Source: Clostridiales bacterium
GTDB taxonomy: Bacteria > Bacillota > Clostridia > Saccharofermentanales > Saccharofermentanaceae
NCBI GenBank assembly: GCA_017513085.1
Contig: JAFWDK010000035.1
Span: 1-49,152 of the forward strand
Reading direction: 5' to 3'
DNA: 49,152 nucleotides
Part shown: positions 8,501 through 18,440 of the stretch, one piece after another
Layout: every line of letters starts with the position of its first letter
How positions within the stretch are numbered: the first letter of the stretch is position 1
Program-made: the position numbers and the translations under genes
Notes under the pieces: generated by a model
What the model saw: the letters and a program-made list of their open reading frames with translations, nothing else
Told to the model about the DNA's origin: nothing
The model's database searches: none

Positions 8501-10137
8501 AACGAGATCGTTGCGATAAACATTTCATCCTCATATTTCAGATCCAAGGAGTATCCCAGAAGCAGCAGGTTATTGTCGGCAATCGCAAGGCCCAGTCCTG
8601 TGCCGTTTTGGCCACGTGCTTTTTCTCCTTTCACAAAAGGCGTCTTCAGTTCTTCGACATTGGAGACCGGCTCGCTTGTCCGATTGCTGATCTGAAGCCT
8701 CTTCGCTTCGATCGTCACTTCGACCACACTACTTTCCTCTGCATATTTGCCACAGTTCGTGAACAGGTTATCGATCGCCTGCAAAAGAAGATCTCTGTCG
8801 GTCGTAAGAGTGATGTCGTCTCCGTTGATCGTCACATTGATCCCTCTCTTCTCGAAGATCACTTTACTCTTTGCTGCACTCGTTTCAACAAGTTCCCGCA
8901 GGTCTATCTTTTCCTTCTTGATCGCGCGGGCAGTCCGGTCCGTCTTGCTAAACTCCAGGATCCCTTCCAGCATGGAGTTCATCTCACTGACATTTTCACG
9001 GATTTTGGCTGCGTTCACCGTTGCTTTTTCCGCATCAAAAGAACTGACTTCGGCGGGCGTATCTCCTTCTCGTAAGAACGCGATCTGATCCTCCAGTTTT
9101 TCCGCGTAGGCCGAGATCGTCGCGAGCGGTGTCTTCAGGTCATGTGCCATCGCCTCGGACATTTTCTTCTGATTATCAAAGACGACCCAGACCGCCTTGG
9201 CTCTGAAGTAACGGATCACAGAGATCGTGAGCGACAAAAGAAGCGCAAGAGACATCGCCACACCAAGGACAACCCAAAAAGTCACCGGCAATACTTCCAA
9301 CACACCGCTTCTGGGAATAACCGAACAATGCAATTCCCATCTCATGTTATTGCCATACCCTGTCAAGGGCTCTGAGTACAACTCGATTTCTTCCGTTTCC
9401 TTACTTTCATCATAGTAGTGATTCACAAAGCCCGTATACAGGAATTTAAAGTCCGCTCTTGCAACGCGTGTCAGCGTTTTCGCTTTCTCCGTCGAGCAAT
9501 CGATAGAAGCTAAGACCGGATGATGCCAATCATCGGTATCTGTGACTTCAATTACCCCCGGATAAAAGCGGTGCGTTTCCGGATCTATATAGATTTCTGT
9601 AAGATTGTATCCATAGATTTTTTCATTGGACAACTCTTCAGCCAAAATATCGTTCTCGAGTATTGCCGAAGTCTTCGCCTGTTTTTTCAGACTGTACTTT
9701 CCGTTTTCATACTCGTTCAGTGGATCCAGCAGCGACATATCCGCAAGAAAATAGAAATCTTTAATCTTAGTCTCCTGCTCAGTCGTTTCTTGTCCGAGCG
9801 CAATCATCATGGGGGCAACATCCTTGTTATCAAGGATCTTCTCTTCGTTGATATACACACTCGCATACACGCCGGCTCCACGAAGCAGACACATTGACCA
9901 TTCCAAGTCGTTATAGCAGGATGCATAGGATTCTTCATCAGAACAAACAAAAGCATGTATCTTCTGAGACGCATTATTCACGAGAGAGACCACCACTTCA
10001 TTATCCTCATCTGCGATTTCCTGTATCCGGGATCGCAAATACCATTGTGTACCAATCATGCCGATCGTCATTGTGATCAACAGCGTGATCAAAAAGAACA
10101 TTAAAAACTTCGGTTTCTTAATCGTTTTTCTTTTCAT
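8497..10137 (-). CDS. Sensor histidine kinase
   Basis: Two TM segments, H-box AHDLKTPL, N-box NLFTNCGKY, G2 GTGLGLAI. Confidence 0.92.
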   Translation of the reverse strand: MKRKTIKKPKFLMFFLITLLITMTIGMIGTQWYLRSRIQEIADEDNEVVVSLVNNASQKIHAFVCSDEESYASCYNDLEWSMCLLRGAGVYASVYINEEKILDNKDVAPMMIALGQETTEQETKIKDFYFLADMSLLDPLNEYENGKYSLKKQAKTSAILENDILAEELSNEKIYGYNLTEIYIDPETHRFYPGVIEVTDTDDWHHPVLASIDCSTEKAKTLTRVARADFKFLYTGFVNHYYDESKETEEIELYSEPLTGYGNNMRWELHCSVIPRSGVLEVLPVTFWVVLGVAMSLALLLSLTISVIRYFRAKAVWVVFDNQKKMSEAMAHDLKTPLATISAYAEKLEDQIAFLREGDTPAEVSSFDAEKATVNAAKIRENVSEMNSMLEGILEFSKTDRTARAIKKEKIDLRELVETSAAKSKVIFEKRGINVTINGDDITLTTDRDLLLQAIDNLFTNCGKYAEESSVVEVTIEAKRLQISNRTSEPVSNVEELKTPFVKGEKARGQNGTGLGLAIADNNLLLLGYSLDLKYEDEMFIATISF

Positions 10138-10149
10138 TTTTCGCCTCCC

Positions 10150-10863
10150 TTAGCAGGTGATCTTGTATCCGCCACCGATCACCGTCTTGATGGCTCCGCC
10201 GGAAGACCCCAGACTCTTGCGCAGTTTCTTGATGTGATTGTCGACGACTCTGTCGCCACCATCAAAATCCATGCCCCACACAAGATCCAGAAGTTTCTGT
10301 CTTCCGAGGACCCGTCCCTGGTTCTCCATGAGAACCTTCAAAAGGAAGTATTCTTTAGGTGCCAGCACCACTTCTTCTCCATCTGCCAGAACCTCCATCC
10401 TGGAAGGGTTCAGTGCGATACCTCCGCACAGAAGGATCTTCTCCTCCTTTTCACCGCTCTTTCCCGCCTGCGTGTCAGAAGTTTCATCCACACGGGGCTC
10501 CGTCGCTCTGGCCAGAAGCGCCAGACACTTCGCGTAAAGCACTTTAATGGAAAATGGCTTGACCATGTATTCATCCGCCCCAAGAGCATAGCCCTTCAGG
10601 ATGTTATCCTCGTTTCCAAGCGCGGTCAGGAAAACGATGGGACAGTTGCTTTTGCGGCGTAAGATCTTACAGATATCAAAACCGGATGGTCCCGGAAGCA
10701 TGATGTCCAGGATCGCAATGTCATACGTAGAAGCACTCACGAAACGAAGGCCTTCGTTTCCGTCTTTCGCTGCATCCACTTCAAAAGCACCGGTTTCCCT
10801 GAAGTGTTCCGCGATCAATTCGCGCAGTGCTTCGGCGTCTTCTACGATCAATACTCTGGCCAT
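10150..10863 (-). CDS. OmpR/PhoB-family response regulator
   Basis: VLIVED, LDIMLPG, GADEYMVKPF, VVDNHIKKLRK, TVIGGGYK. Confidence 0.95.
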   Translation of the reverse strand: MARVLIVEDAEALRELIAEHFRETGAFEVDAAKDGNEGLRFVSASTYDIAILDIMLPGPSGFDICKILRRKSNCPIVFLTALGNEDNILKGYALGADEYMVKPFSIKVLYAKCLALLARATEPRVDETSDTQAGKSGEKEEKILLCGGIALNPSRMEVLADGEEVVLAPKEYFLLKVLMENQGRVLGRQKLLDLVWGMDFDGGDRVVDNHIKKLRKSLGSSGGAIKTVIGGGYKITC

Positions 10864-11042
10864 AACAAAAATACCTCCATGCCATCAGGATAAAATACGG
10901 ATGTATCCTTCATGTATCTATCTGAAGGCAAATAGAAAAAAAATCAGAAAAACCATTTCCCTATACACTGATTATATACGAAAAGGGCCCTCACAAGTCC
11001 GTTTCTTTTTCTTGTTTGTGGCTGTTTTTCCCAGACCATACG

Positions 11043-11272
11043 AATATAACTTTAAAGTATATTTTTGACCTTTTGTTCGACTGATTATAATTTGAAAGTA
11101 TATTTTTGGATCTGGTTCGGCGTGGATTATAACTTGAAAGTATATTTTTGTTCCTTTGGCGCACGAAATATAATCTGAAAGTATATTCTGATCCTCTCGG
11201 ACACAAAAATATAACTTGAAAGTATATTTTGTGTTTCGCGGTTAGAAAAACATAACGCAAAAGTATATTCCG
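11043..11272. repeat. Six-copy intergenic array, about 22-bp core (A)TATAAytTgAAAGTATATT, period 41-42 bp
   Basis: AAAGTATATT starts at 11054, 11095, 11137, 11178, 11219 and 11260, with variable sequence between copies. Confidence 0.9.
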
Positions 11273-11283
11273 TTTTTTTACAT

Positions 11284-11313
11284 AAAAAAGCGATTAGCCG
11301 TTGCCAATCGCTT
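11284..11313 (-). terminator. Probable terminator of the long minus-strand operon
   Basis: AAGCGATT...AATCGCTT inverted repeat followed by a T-run on the minus strand. Confidence 0.55.
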
Positions 11314-11352
11314 CAGAGCAAAAATGCGCTTTCGGATTCAATATGGATCTTC

Positions 11353-11529
11353 CTACTCTTTCTCTTTATGACATGAACCGCTCATCGGGCATCCGCCACA
11401 GCCGCAACTGCAAGAGCCACGACCTTGTTTTCTCCTGCGGATCATAAAGAAGATGATCAAAACGCAGATCAAGACCAGGATCAGGCTGACCACGATCGTC
11501 CCTATATTGTTTTGCAGAAACTCGAGCAC
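11353..11529 (-). CDS. Small FeoB-associated-type Cys-rich membrane protein (58 aa), second copy
   Basis: Below ORF-track cutoff. GTG start after GAAGGAG: MLEFLQNNIGTIVVSLILVLICVLIIFFMIRRRKQGRGSCSCGCGGCPMSGSCHKEKE*. Same layout as 18219..18440. Confidence 0.85.
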   Translation of the reverse strand: MLEFLQNNIGTIVVSLILVLICVLIIFFMIRRRKQGRGSCSCGCGGCPMSGSCHKEKE

Positions 11530-11547
11530 GCGCTTCCCTTCTCCTTC

Positions 11548-12696
11548 TCAGATCGTGCCTCTCTCAAAAGCATTGGCGTTACAGAACTTTTCAAATTCAT
11601 AGCAGCAGGCAAATGCACGGATGGCCACGATCGGTTTTGTACCGGTATCCAGTTTTTTGACCCAGAAGTTTAATCCCTCCGTATCTGCCTCTCTGCCCAA
11701 AACAGCCTGATACAGGCGCCTGACAAATTCGATGGATGGAAGCTTATTGCCGGCGAACTCTTTTCCAGCGAAGATCTGCTTCACGCAAGATGCCGCAGAC
11801 TTATCCAACGTCGTAAGAGCAAGGCTCATGGAGTTCAGCTCTTTTTCAGAAGGATCACGGCTCAGTGCCACGTTATAGAGCTGCTTCGTGAAAGCAATCG
11901 CATTCTTGCTGGCAAACTCGGCTTTGTGCCACTTCGCGCCGGATTTGACGCCGTAGGTTGCACAGACATTGCACCATTCTGTTGACTCGATAAAGCCGTT
12001 TACCACATCTCTCTTCGGAGTACCTTTCTTTAAAACGCCGAGCCAATACTCTCTTCCTCCCTCTTCCGATTCTCGGTCAAAGAAGGTTCTGTACAACGTC
12101 TCAACGAAATCTTTATCACTGAGTTTTCTGTTCAAAAACTCCGGCGCATCCAAAAGGAAGAATCTAGCACAATCCGCACCTGTGTACTCACCTTTGGAGA
12201 CTTTTTCCGACCAGAAATCTTTTCCTTCCTTCTCCGAATCACGATCGAGCGCGATGTGATAGAGTCTCTCGATGAAATCCTCGAAAGTCGGGTCCGGTGT
12301 CGGCTCCGGCGTAGGCGTAGGAGTAGTTGTAGGGGTAGGTGTCTCAGTCGGTGTCGGATCCTCAGGGTCCGGTGTGGTGGTAGGTGTAGGATCGCCCGGA
12401 ACAGGTGTTACAGACGGGTCGCCCGGTTCTTCCGGTTCAGGTGTTGGCGTCGGTGTCGGAGTTTCGGTCGGCTCGCCGGGCTCTTCCGGTGCCGGCGTAG
12501 GCGTCGGCGTCACGGTTGGCTCCTCACCTTCATCGTCGTCCGGGACCGGAGTCGGAGTGGCCGTCGGGACCGGGTCTTCCGTATTCAGTCGGGCTGCAGC
12601 ACGCACAGTGCTGTCCGCTTTAAAAAATCCATTCAAACAAACGATCATGACCAGCGTCGCCAGGAGCGCGATCATACGAGCAATACTTCTTTTCAT
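11548..12696 (-). CDS. Secreted PT-rich protein with DUF4214-like repeats
   Basis: Signal peptide, long PT/PE linker, repeated F(I/V)ERLY...LxR.....G..(F/Y)W units. Confidence 0.85.
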   Translation of the reverse strand: MKRSIARMIALLATLVMIVCLNGFFKADSTVRAAARLNTEDPVPTATPTPVPDDDEGEEPTVTPTPTPAPEEPGEPTETPTPTPTPEPEEPGDPSVTPVPGDPTPTTTPDPEDPTPTETPTPTTTPTPTPEPTPDPTFEDFIERLYHIALDRDSEKEGKDFWSEKVSKGEYTGADCARFFLLDAPEFLNRKLSDKDFVETLYRTFFDRESEEGGREYWLGVLKKGTPKRDVVNGFIESTEWCNVCATYGVKSGAKWHKAEFASKNAIAFTKQLYNVALSRDPSEKELNSMSLALTTLDKSAASCVKQIFAGKEFAGNKLPSIEFVRRLYQAVLGREADTEGLNFWVKKLDTGTKPIVAIRAFACCYEFEKFCNANAFERGTI

Positions 12697-12755
12697 TTTC
12701 CTGTAACCATCCTAAAACAGTCTCTTTCCTAGTCTAAATTTTGTCACTTTATCTG

Positions 12756-14258
12756 TCAATTATTGCCGGACCGTGTGCAGGATACGGCCGGATCGGCTGT
12801 GTCAAAAGCAACCGAATCGAGGACTTCTCCGCTTTCCTTGTCGACCACAACAATGTTGATGCCGTTTTCACCCAAAGACCTCTCGGAAACGCCGAGACGG
12901 ATCGAACAACCATAACGTCCTTTCCAGCTGGCGCTACTCATGGAGACCTTCGTATTGCCGATATACGTAGCATATGTACTATCCGCGTTATCCACGCCTA
13001 TCGTCTCATGCAGGACTTCCCCGTCAGAAACGATCGCCAGATAACTGTGGTAATCCTCTCCCTTCAGCCCGCCGGCCTGAACCAGTCCGAGTTTCCGGAG
13101 CTTTTCGATATGCGCATCAGTCAGATACGCTCCCTGCGGTCCGAATGTGGTCATATAGATCGTGGTTCCATCGGAAAGTTCCAGAAGATAGTCCAGATAT
13201 TTGTCGAGATCCGTCTCCAGGGACAGATATGCTTCGTTGCGCTTTCTATGGTAGAGCTCTGCATAGCGCTCGTACACACGGCACTTCTCCTCACCACGGT
13301 GATCTTTCAGGTTGTACTTCTCAACCAATTGTTGCGCGACATAATGCGTCACTTTTTCCGCGCCCAAAGTATTCACGTGCAATTTTCCGCGGAAATCCGT
13401 AGCATAATCCAGACCGATCTCGTCCACATGATCGTTCATATCCCAGACCTCATAGCCACGTTCACGAATGATCCTCTTGGCAAAATTAAACTGGGCAAAA
13501 TACTCTTCATCCAGGCAGTTCGGCGTACAGGTAAAGACTACTTTTTTGCCGAAGCCGTCACAAAAATCCAGGAACTCGTTAAGGAATACGACATTCTCCT
13601 CCGGAATAGGCTTCTCTTCGGTATCGAAATAGGACATGATCTGTTTCTTATCGAATGACTCTGTGCCCGTACTGATCCAATATCCCATGAAGCAGTTCTC
13701 GTCGTCGGTAAAGTCCGTCTTCTGAAGATCCTGCCATCTCGAGTGATACTTCATGAAAGAAAAGTAATAGTCGAACCGGTCAAGATTCCCTACCGGATGG
13801 AAAGCCTGCCAGTCATTGGTCAGTTTATCGATCAGATCAAAACGGTTCTTCGAAAGCTTCATGTTGTCCGTCACACGACGGATGCCCGGGTCAGCCAGCG
13901 GCTCGAAAGCCAGATCACGGAGATCCACCAGATAGAGACTCGGATCCTGTGTCTTCTCCACTTCCTTGATCAGAAGTTCCGTCGCATCGAAAGGCATACT
14001 GCCAAGCGCAAGTGGAAGAAGCGTAACACCGTACTCCTCATACATCTGCATCGGAATAATATATTCCTGCACCGCACTCGACCCGATCCACGCCACATCG
14101 GCAACATTCTCCGGCATCTCGTAGAACTGCTTGAAAGCCGCGCGGGAATGGGTATTATCCTGAAACCCGAACACCTTATTGAGGTATAGGAATCCCAGCA
14201 CCAGCACCAGTGCAAAGACACCCAAATCTATCACTTTTTTCCAGATCGTCTTCTTCAT
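12756..14258 (-). CDS. Membrane-anchored SGNH/DltD-like acyltransferase partner, with C-terminal ILEI-like domain
   Basis: N-terminal TM, WIGSSAVQ block I, DFRGKLHVN..GA His block, GINIVVVD...GEVLDSVAFDT tail; directly follows the MBOAT gene. Confidence 0.65.
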   Translation of the reverse strand: MKKTIWKKVIDLGVFALVLVLGFLYLNKVFGFQDNTHSRAAFKQFYEMPENVADVAWIGSSAVQEYIIPMQMYEEYGVTLLPLALGSMPFDATELLIKEVEKTQDPSLYLVDLRDLAFEPLADPGIRRVTDNMKLSKNRFDLIDKLTNDWQAFHPVGNLDRFDYYFSFMKYHSRWQDLQKTDFTDDENCFMGYWISTGTESFDKKQIMSYFDTEEKPIPEENVVFLNEFLDFCDGFGKKVVFTCTPNCLDEEYFAQFNFAKRIIRERGYEVWDMNDHVDEIGLDYATDFRGKLHVNTLGAEKVTHYVAQQLVEKYNLKDHRGEEKCRVYERYAELYHRKRNEAYLSLETDLDKYLDYLLELSDGTTIYMTTFGPQGAYLTDAHIEKLRKLGLVQAGGLKGEDYHSYLAIVSDGEVLHETIGVDNADSTYATYIGNTKVSMSSASWKGRYGCSIRLGVSERSLGENGINIVVVDKESGEVLDSVAFDTADPAVSCTRSGNN

Positions 14259-14267
14259 CTTTGCACC

Positions 14268-15827
14268 TCAGAACTGACCATATATAAAAGCACTGGCCGA
14301 ATAGCCCGGTCCGTATGCGCCAAGCAGCACGACCGCAAGCAAAAGCGCGACATACAGCGTCCGCCTGAAAAGCACCGGTTGCGTGTCGATCCAGTTTCTG
14401 GCGTAGCCGTGCTTCTCACGAAAAGCGGCAACCGCGATGAGCGCGAGCACCGAGATCACGATCACGTTGATATCTTTATAGGAGATACCGAGTTTCAAGA
14501 TACTGTCATCAAAGAGGATCCACGGATTCCATCTTGACGGGGTAAACGTTCTGCCGACTTCCCGAAGGAAAGAGAAACCCTGCGCCACGTCCTTGGCGCG
14601 GAAGAACACGATGCCCAAAGAATACGTCAGATAGGTACGCACTGCGCGGAAGAACTTCCAGCCGAAGCTGTCTGTCTTAAAGCCGAATTTCGCGTTAAGT
14701 TTCTCGGTCCTCGGTTTGAGAAAATCTTCCAGCATAAGGATGATCCAGTACCACAGGCTCACGCCGATAATATGACGGAACGCGCCATGCCAGATGCCCA
14801 GCACGAGCCACAGCACGGCCATACCGATCGCGGTCGTAATAAACTTGGCTGCCTTCTTCCCAAAACGGTTCTTCAACTTCTTATTCAGTTTCTGGAGACG
14901 GGTGCTTTTTAAGACGGGATAAAGGACATAGTCTTTTGCCCACGTACCCAGCGTGATATGCCATCTTTGCCAGAATTCCTGGCTGGTCTGAGAGAAAAAC
15001 GGATTTTTAAAGTTCTCTACCAGCTTGATGTCGAAGAGTTCTGCGACGCCGATCACGATGTCGCAACAACCGGAGAAATCCGAGTAAAGCTGGAGCGGAT
15101 ATAAGAGAAGCGCGATCCATGTATAGATCCCGCCATAAAGCGTGAAATCCGCCCACACGGCATTCACGATAATGCCACAGCGCTCCGCCACCACGATCTT
15201 TTTAAACATACCCCAAAGGATACGCTGCGTGCCGTGCGCAAGATTGACATACTTGATCCTGTGCTCTTCATAAAGGCTTGAAAGCTGGTCATAACGGCTG
15301 ATCGGGCCGGTGATCATCTGCGGGAAGAAGCTGCAGAACAGAAGCAGTTTCAGAAAATTGCGCTGCGGTTTAGCGTTCTCCCAGTAGCAGTCGATCGTAT
15401 AGCTGATGATCTGAAGCGTGTAATAACCCATGCCCATCGCCACGGCAACAGGCGGAAGCTCAATGACCCGGATCGACGGAAAGAGTTGATTGAGTCCCCA
15501 TAACGAGGACGTGATGAATTCTCTTCCTTTAAGGAAAAACCACAGGAATACGTCGATCACAATGGTCAGGACCATGATGAACTTCCATGTCTGTAGATTC
15601 TTCGCTCCGTCCTTTTTCTTTCTGCCCGATTCCATACCGTTTGTGACGCACCAGGCCATGCCCGTCGAAATCAGCACATACAGAAATGTTACCGGCTTTG
15701 CTGCCAGACCATAAAAGATCAGGCTGAGCAGTAAAAGCCGCACCCACTGGAATTTCGAAGGAGCAATATAGTAGACCGTCACTGCGCCGATCAGAAAAAG
15801 GAAAAAACTAAGCGATGTAATCGTCAT
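14268..15827 (-). CDS. MBOAT O-acyltransferase (AlgI/DltB family)
   Basis: GMGYYTLQIISY, FFPQMITGPI, QLYSDFSG, ENFKNPF, EFWQRWHITL, GIWHG; ends FIYGQF. Confidence 0.95.
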   Translation of the reverse strand: MTITSLSFFLFLIGAVTVYYIAPSKFQWVRLLLLSLIFYGLAAKPVTFLYVLISTGMAWCVTNGMESGRKKKDGAKNLQTWKFIMVLTIVIDVFLWFFLKGREFITSSLWGLNQLFPSIRVIELPPVAVAMGMGYYTLQIISYTIDCYWENAKPQRNFLKLLLFCSFFPQMITGPISRYDQLSSLYEEHRIKYVNLAHGTQRILWGMFKKIVVAERCGIIVNAVWADFTLYGGIYTWIALLLYPLQLYSDFSGCCDIVIGVAELFDIKLVENFKNPFFSQTSQEFWQRWHITLGTWAKDYVLYPVLKSTRLQKLNKKLKNRFGKKAAKFITTAIGMAVLWLVLGIWHGAFRHIIGVSLWYWIILMLEDFLKPRTEKLNAKFGFKTDSFGWKFFRAVRTYLTYSLGIVFFRAKDVAQGFSFLREVGRTFTPSRWNPWILFDDSILKLGISYKDINVIVISVLALIAVAAFREKHGYARNWIDTQPVLFRRTLYVALLLAVVLLGAYGPGYSASAFIYGQF

Positions 15828-15843
15828 CTTCTCATCCTATCAC

Positions 15844-16086
15844 TCAGTGGCCCGACTCCATGATCAGATCTACCATCTCGCCTACGTTCTTCATCTTGAC
15901 TGTCTTTCCCATCGGGATCTTAAAACCGAATTCCTCTTCTACCGCCACGACAATATTGATATGTTCAAAAGAATCCCAGCCTTCCACGTCATCAGCCACC
16001 GTCTCGTCATGCAGCTCGATCGTCTCGTCGTCAAGGACTTCCCGGAATACTTTATTCAATCGCTCATACACTTCTTCTCTTGTCAT
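15844..16086 (-). CDS. Acyl carrier protein
   Basis: GWDSFEH phosphopantetheine site, 80 aa, acidic. Confidence 0.93.
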   Translation of the reverse strand: MTREEVYERLNKVFREVLDDETIELHDETVADDVEGWDSFEHINIVVAVEEEFGFKIPMGKTVKMKNVGEMVDLIMESGH

Positions 16087-16091
16087 TTCTC

Positions 16092-17900
16092 TTACTCCCC
16101 TTCTTCAGCGGTATTGACCGCGATCACGTTCTGTTTATTCTCATATTCTTCATTCACGACAAATTCCCAAGTCGTGTTATCGTTCTCATCTTTTCCGATC
16201 AAGGCAAAACCCTGCGTCGCGAAGAACTCGCGAACCATCGCATTCTTTCCCGTCGGATAGTAGTAGCCGAAGATCTTCTTGATGCCAAGGCCCCTTGCCC
16301 GGGAAACCAGTTCATCCATCATGGCAAATTCCATGTTGCGCTTGAGCACACGGCAGCTCATCAGCCAAAGCTCGATGTGAAGTTCGTCGCGGTCCTGTCC
16401 GCCGATCCTTCCGATCACGACACTGACTACACCATTGTCGCCGAAACGGTCACTGAGTTTTCCGTAAAGCGTAACGTGATCCGCATCTTGCGCGACTTCC
16501 TCGATCTCCGCCTGACTATAGCGCTTCGTGGTGAGATTGAACTGATTGCTTTTATTCGTCAGTTGCGCAATGCGCGACATATACATCGCGGCAAACGGCC
16601 GGATCTCCGCCTTCATGTCCAAAGAACGAAGGTAATCTTCGTAGTTGGCAAAAGAGGCCTCAAACTGCGCCCGCCGCGCATTCTCCTGATACATTTCGGT
16701 ACGCTTGAGATCATCTTTTGAAAGCGAGGTGACCTCGAAGAATCCGCTCTTGTCGAGCAACTGCACATACTGCTCGACGCGGTCGATCGGTGGCGTCGCC
16801 ACGCCGGGGACCTGATCCTCAATGATTGCGCGCTCTGCAGGATTATCGTCCACAAAAACGAAACTCTCCGGCAGGAGATTCAACTCCTTCGCCGTCTCAA
16901 CAAGATTCATGCTCTTCGGATTCCAGTTCGCTTTGAAACTGATGAAATCATCTTTATGCAGGACACTGTCCGGACGTTCAAGCCCCGCTACCGCATTGGC
17001 TTCGTCGTTTTTGGAATTGACGGTCAGAAGCACGCCCAACTGCTTGTGAAGCCGGATATACTCCTGGAACTCGCTATACGCCTGGGCGACCGAAGTCTCC
17101 TGTCCGATCTCGATATTCTCCGGCCCGTCATCGCCAACGATCCCGCCCCACATGGTATTATCCAGGTCGAGATTAAAGGCCTTCTTATTCTTCCCGTAGA
17201 CCGACTTGATGATGTTCGCCACATTGAAAGACAGATACGGGATCGCCGGGACCGCCACCGCATATTTATACATGTGCCAGTAAAACGGATCGGACCACTT
17301 GTCCAGTCCGTAGGACGCGGAAATATAGTTCACATCGCAGATATAGAAGTTCTCGTTGTTCTGCGCGTATTCGTAAAAAGCACTATTCAGTGATGTGACG
17401 AAGTTCACTCTTCCGTGAATGTCGCTGGCGTCTTTGTTGCCAAGAAGACGGAAATACGGATATTCGAAATTATTCTGGATGATCGGGCAGTGATATGTCT
17501 GCGCGATATACTGCCACAAAGAAGTAAACTTCTCCATGACAACGTTTTTCTTTCTCAGGACTTCTTCTTTCTCGTCGGAAAGGAGCGGAAAATCCTGAAT
17601 ATTGCGCACACACGTGCAGATATAGATCAAGTCCGGAGCAAACTTCATGAGTTCCTCATTCGGGAATCTTCCTTCCTCGTAATACTGGTTGTACTCGGAC
17701 TCATAAAACTCCGGTTTGATCCCGAAATTAAGAAGGAACAGTTCCAGCAGAAGTTTAATGTCCTGCGTGGTCTGTCCCCCCAGAATGGCTATTTTCTTTT
17801 CGACAAAAGAACTCGAAGCATCGCTGAGGAGTTTTCTTCTCAGGCTTTTCTTCTGCTTGCGGATCGATTCTGCATCAAAAGGATACTCCAAATCTTTCAT
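16092..17900 (-). CDS. FkbH-like HAD-IIIC glyceryl transferase/phosphatase
   Basis: LDLDNTMWGGIVGDDG, SKND, ANWNPKS, FVDDNPAER, QLTNKSNQFNLT, DRFGDNG, LMSCRVL. Confidence 0.93.
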   Translation of the reverse strand: MKDLEYPFDAESIRKQKKSLRRKLLSDASSSFVEKKIAILGGQTTQDIKLLLELFLLNFGIKPEFYESEYNQYYEEGRFPNEELMKFAPDLIYICTCVRNIQDFPLLSDEKEEVLRKKNVVMEKFTSLWQYIAQTYHCPIIQNNFEYPYFRLLGNKDASDIHGRVNFVTSLNSAFYEYAQNNENFYICDVNYISASYGLDKWSDPFYWHMYKYAVAVPAIPYLSFNVANIIKSVYGKNKKAFNLDLDNTMWGGIVGDDGPENIEIGQETSVAQAYSEFQEYIRLHKQLGVLLTVNSKNDEANAVAGLERPDSVLHKDDFISFKANWNPKSMNLVETAKELNLLPESFVFVDDNPAERAIIEDQVPGVATPPIDRVEQYVQLLDKSGFFEVTSLSKDDLKRTEMYQENARRAQFEASFANYEDYLRSLDMKAEIRPFAAMYMSRIAQLTNKSNQFNLTTKRYSQAEIEEVAQDADHVTLYGKLSDRFGDNGVVSVVIGRIGGQDRDELHIELWLMSCRVLKRNMEFAMMDELVSRARGLGIKKIFGYYYPTGKNAMVREFFATQGFALIGKDENDNTTWEFVVNEEYENKQNVIAVNTAEEGE

Positions 17901-18277
17901 TTTGCGGACTTCCTTTTCTTGTAGAAGGTTTCGATCAGTTCACATGTCTTATCCGAGATCACATGCTCGATGAGGCAAGCTTCTTCGGAAGCTGTTGCCT
18001 CATCGACGCCGATCTCTTTCAACACATTGGTCAAAAGTATATGCTTGGCATACACGTTCTCCGCGATCTGCTTACCTGCCTTAAGAAGCTTGATGTTTCC
18101 CTCGGCATCCATGCTGACCAGTTTCTCCTCGCGGAGCTTCTTCATCGCTATGCTGACACTTGGCTTAGAGACTTTCATCTCCTCGGCTACGTCAACAGAA
18201 CGTACAGTTTGCTGTCTCTCACGTATGATGAGGATGCTCTCCAGATAATCCTCCGTTGATTTGCTTGTCCTTTTCAT
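17897..18277 (-). CDS. DtxR/MntR-family metal-dependent repressor
   Basis: EDYLESI, RSVDVAEEMKVSKPSVS.AMKKL, EACLIEHVIS. Start moved to MKRTSKSTEDY. Confidence 0.9.
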   Translation of the reverse strand: MKRTSKSTEDYLESILIIRERQQTVRSVDVAEEMKVSKPSVSIAMKKLREEKLVSMDAEGNIKLLKAGKQIAENVYAKHILLTNVLKEIGVDEATASEEACLIEHVISDKTCELIETFYKKRKSAK

Positions 18278-18440
18278 TCCTGTGGCACATCCCTCCTGCA
18301 GGGCAGCAACTGCAATTGCATCCGCAGGAAGATTTTCCCTTTTTCTTATTTGATACCAGTTTTGCCAGGATGACTGCAACCAACGCAATGACCACCAGAC
18401 CAGTGATGATCGAACCCAGATTATCTGCTATCCAGTTCAT
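18219..18440 (-). CDS. FeoB-associated Cys-rich membrane protein
   Basis: One TM then KKKGKSSCGCNCSCCPAGGMCH; overlaps the feoB stop. Confidence 0.88.
   Translation of the reverse strand: MNWIADNLGSIITGLVVIALVAVILAKLVSNKKKGKSSCGCNCSCCPAGGMCHRNEKDKQINGGLSGEHPHHT

Noticed and set aside
11043-11272. CRISPR array call
   Set aside because: Core is degenerate between copies, spacers only about 20 bp, no cas genes in the window; kept as an unexplained repeat
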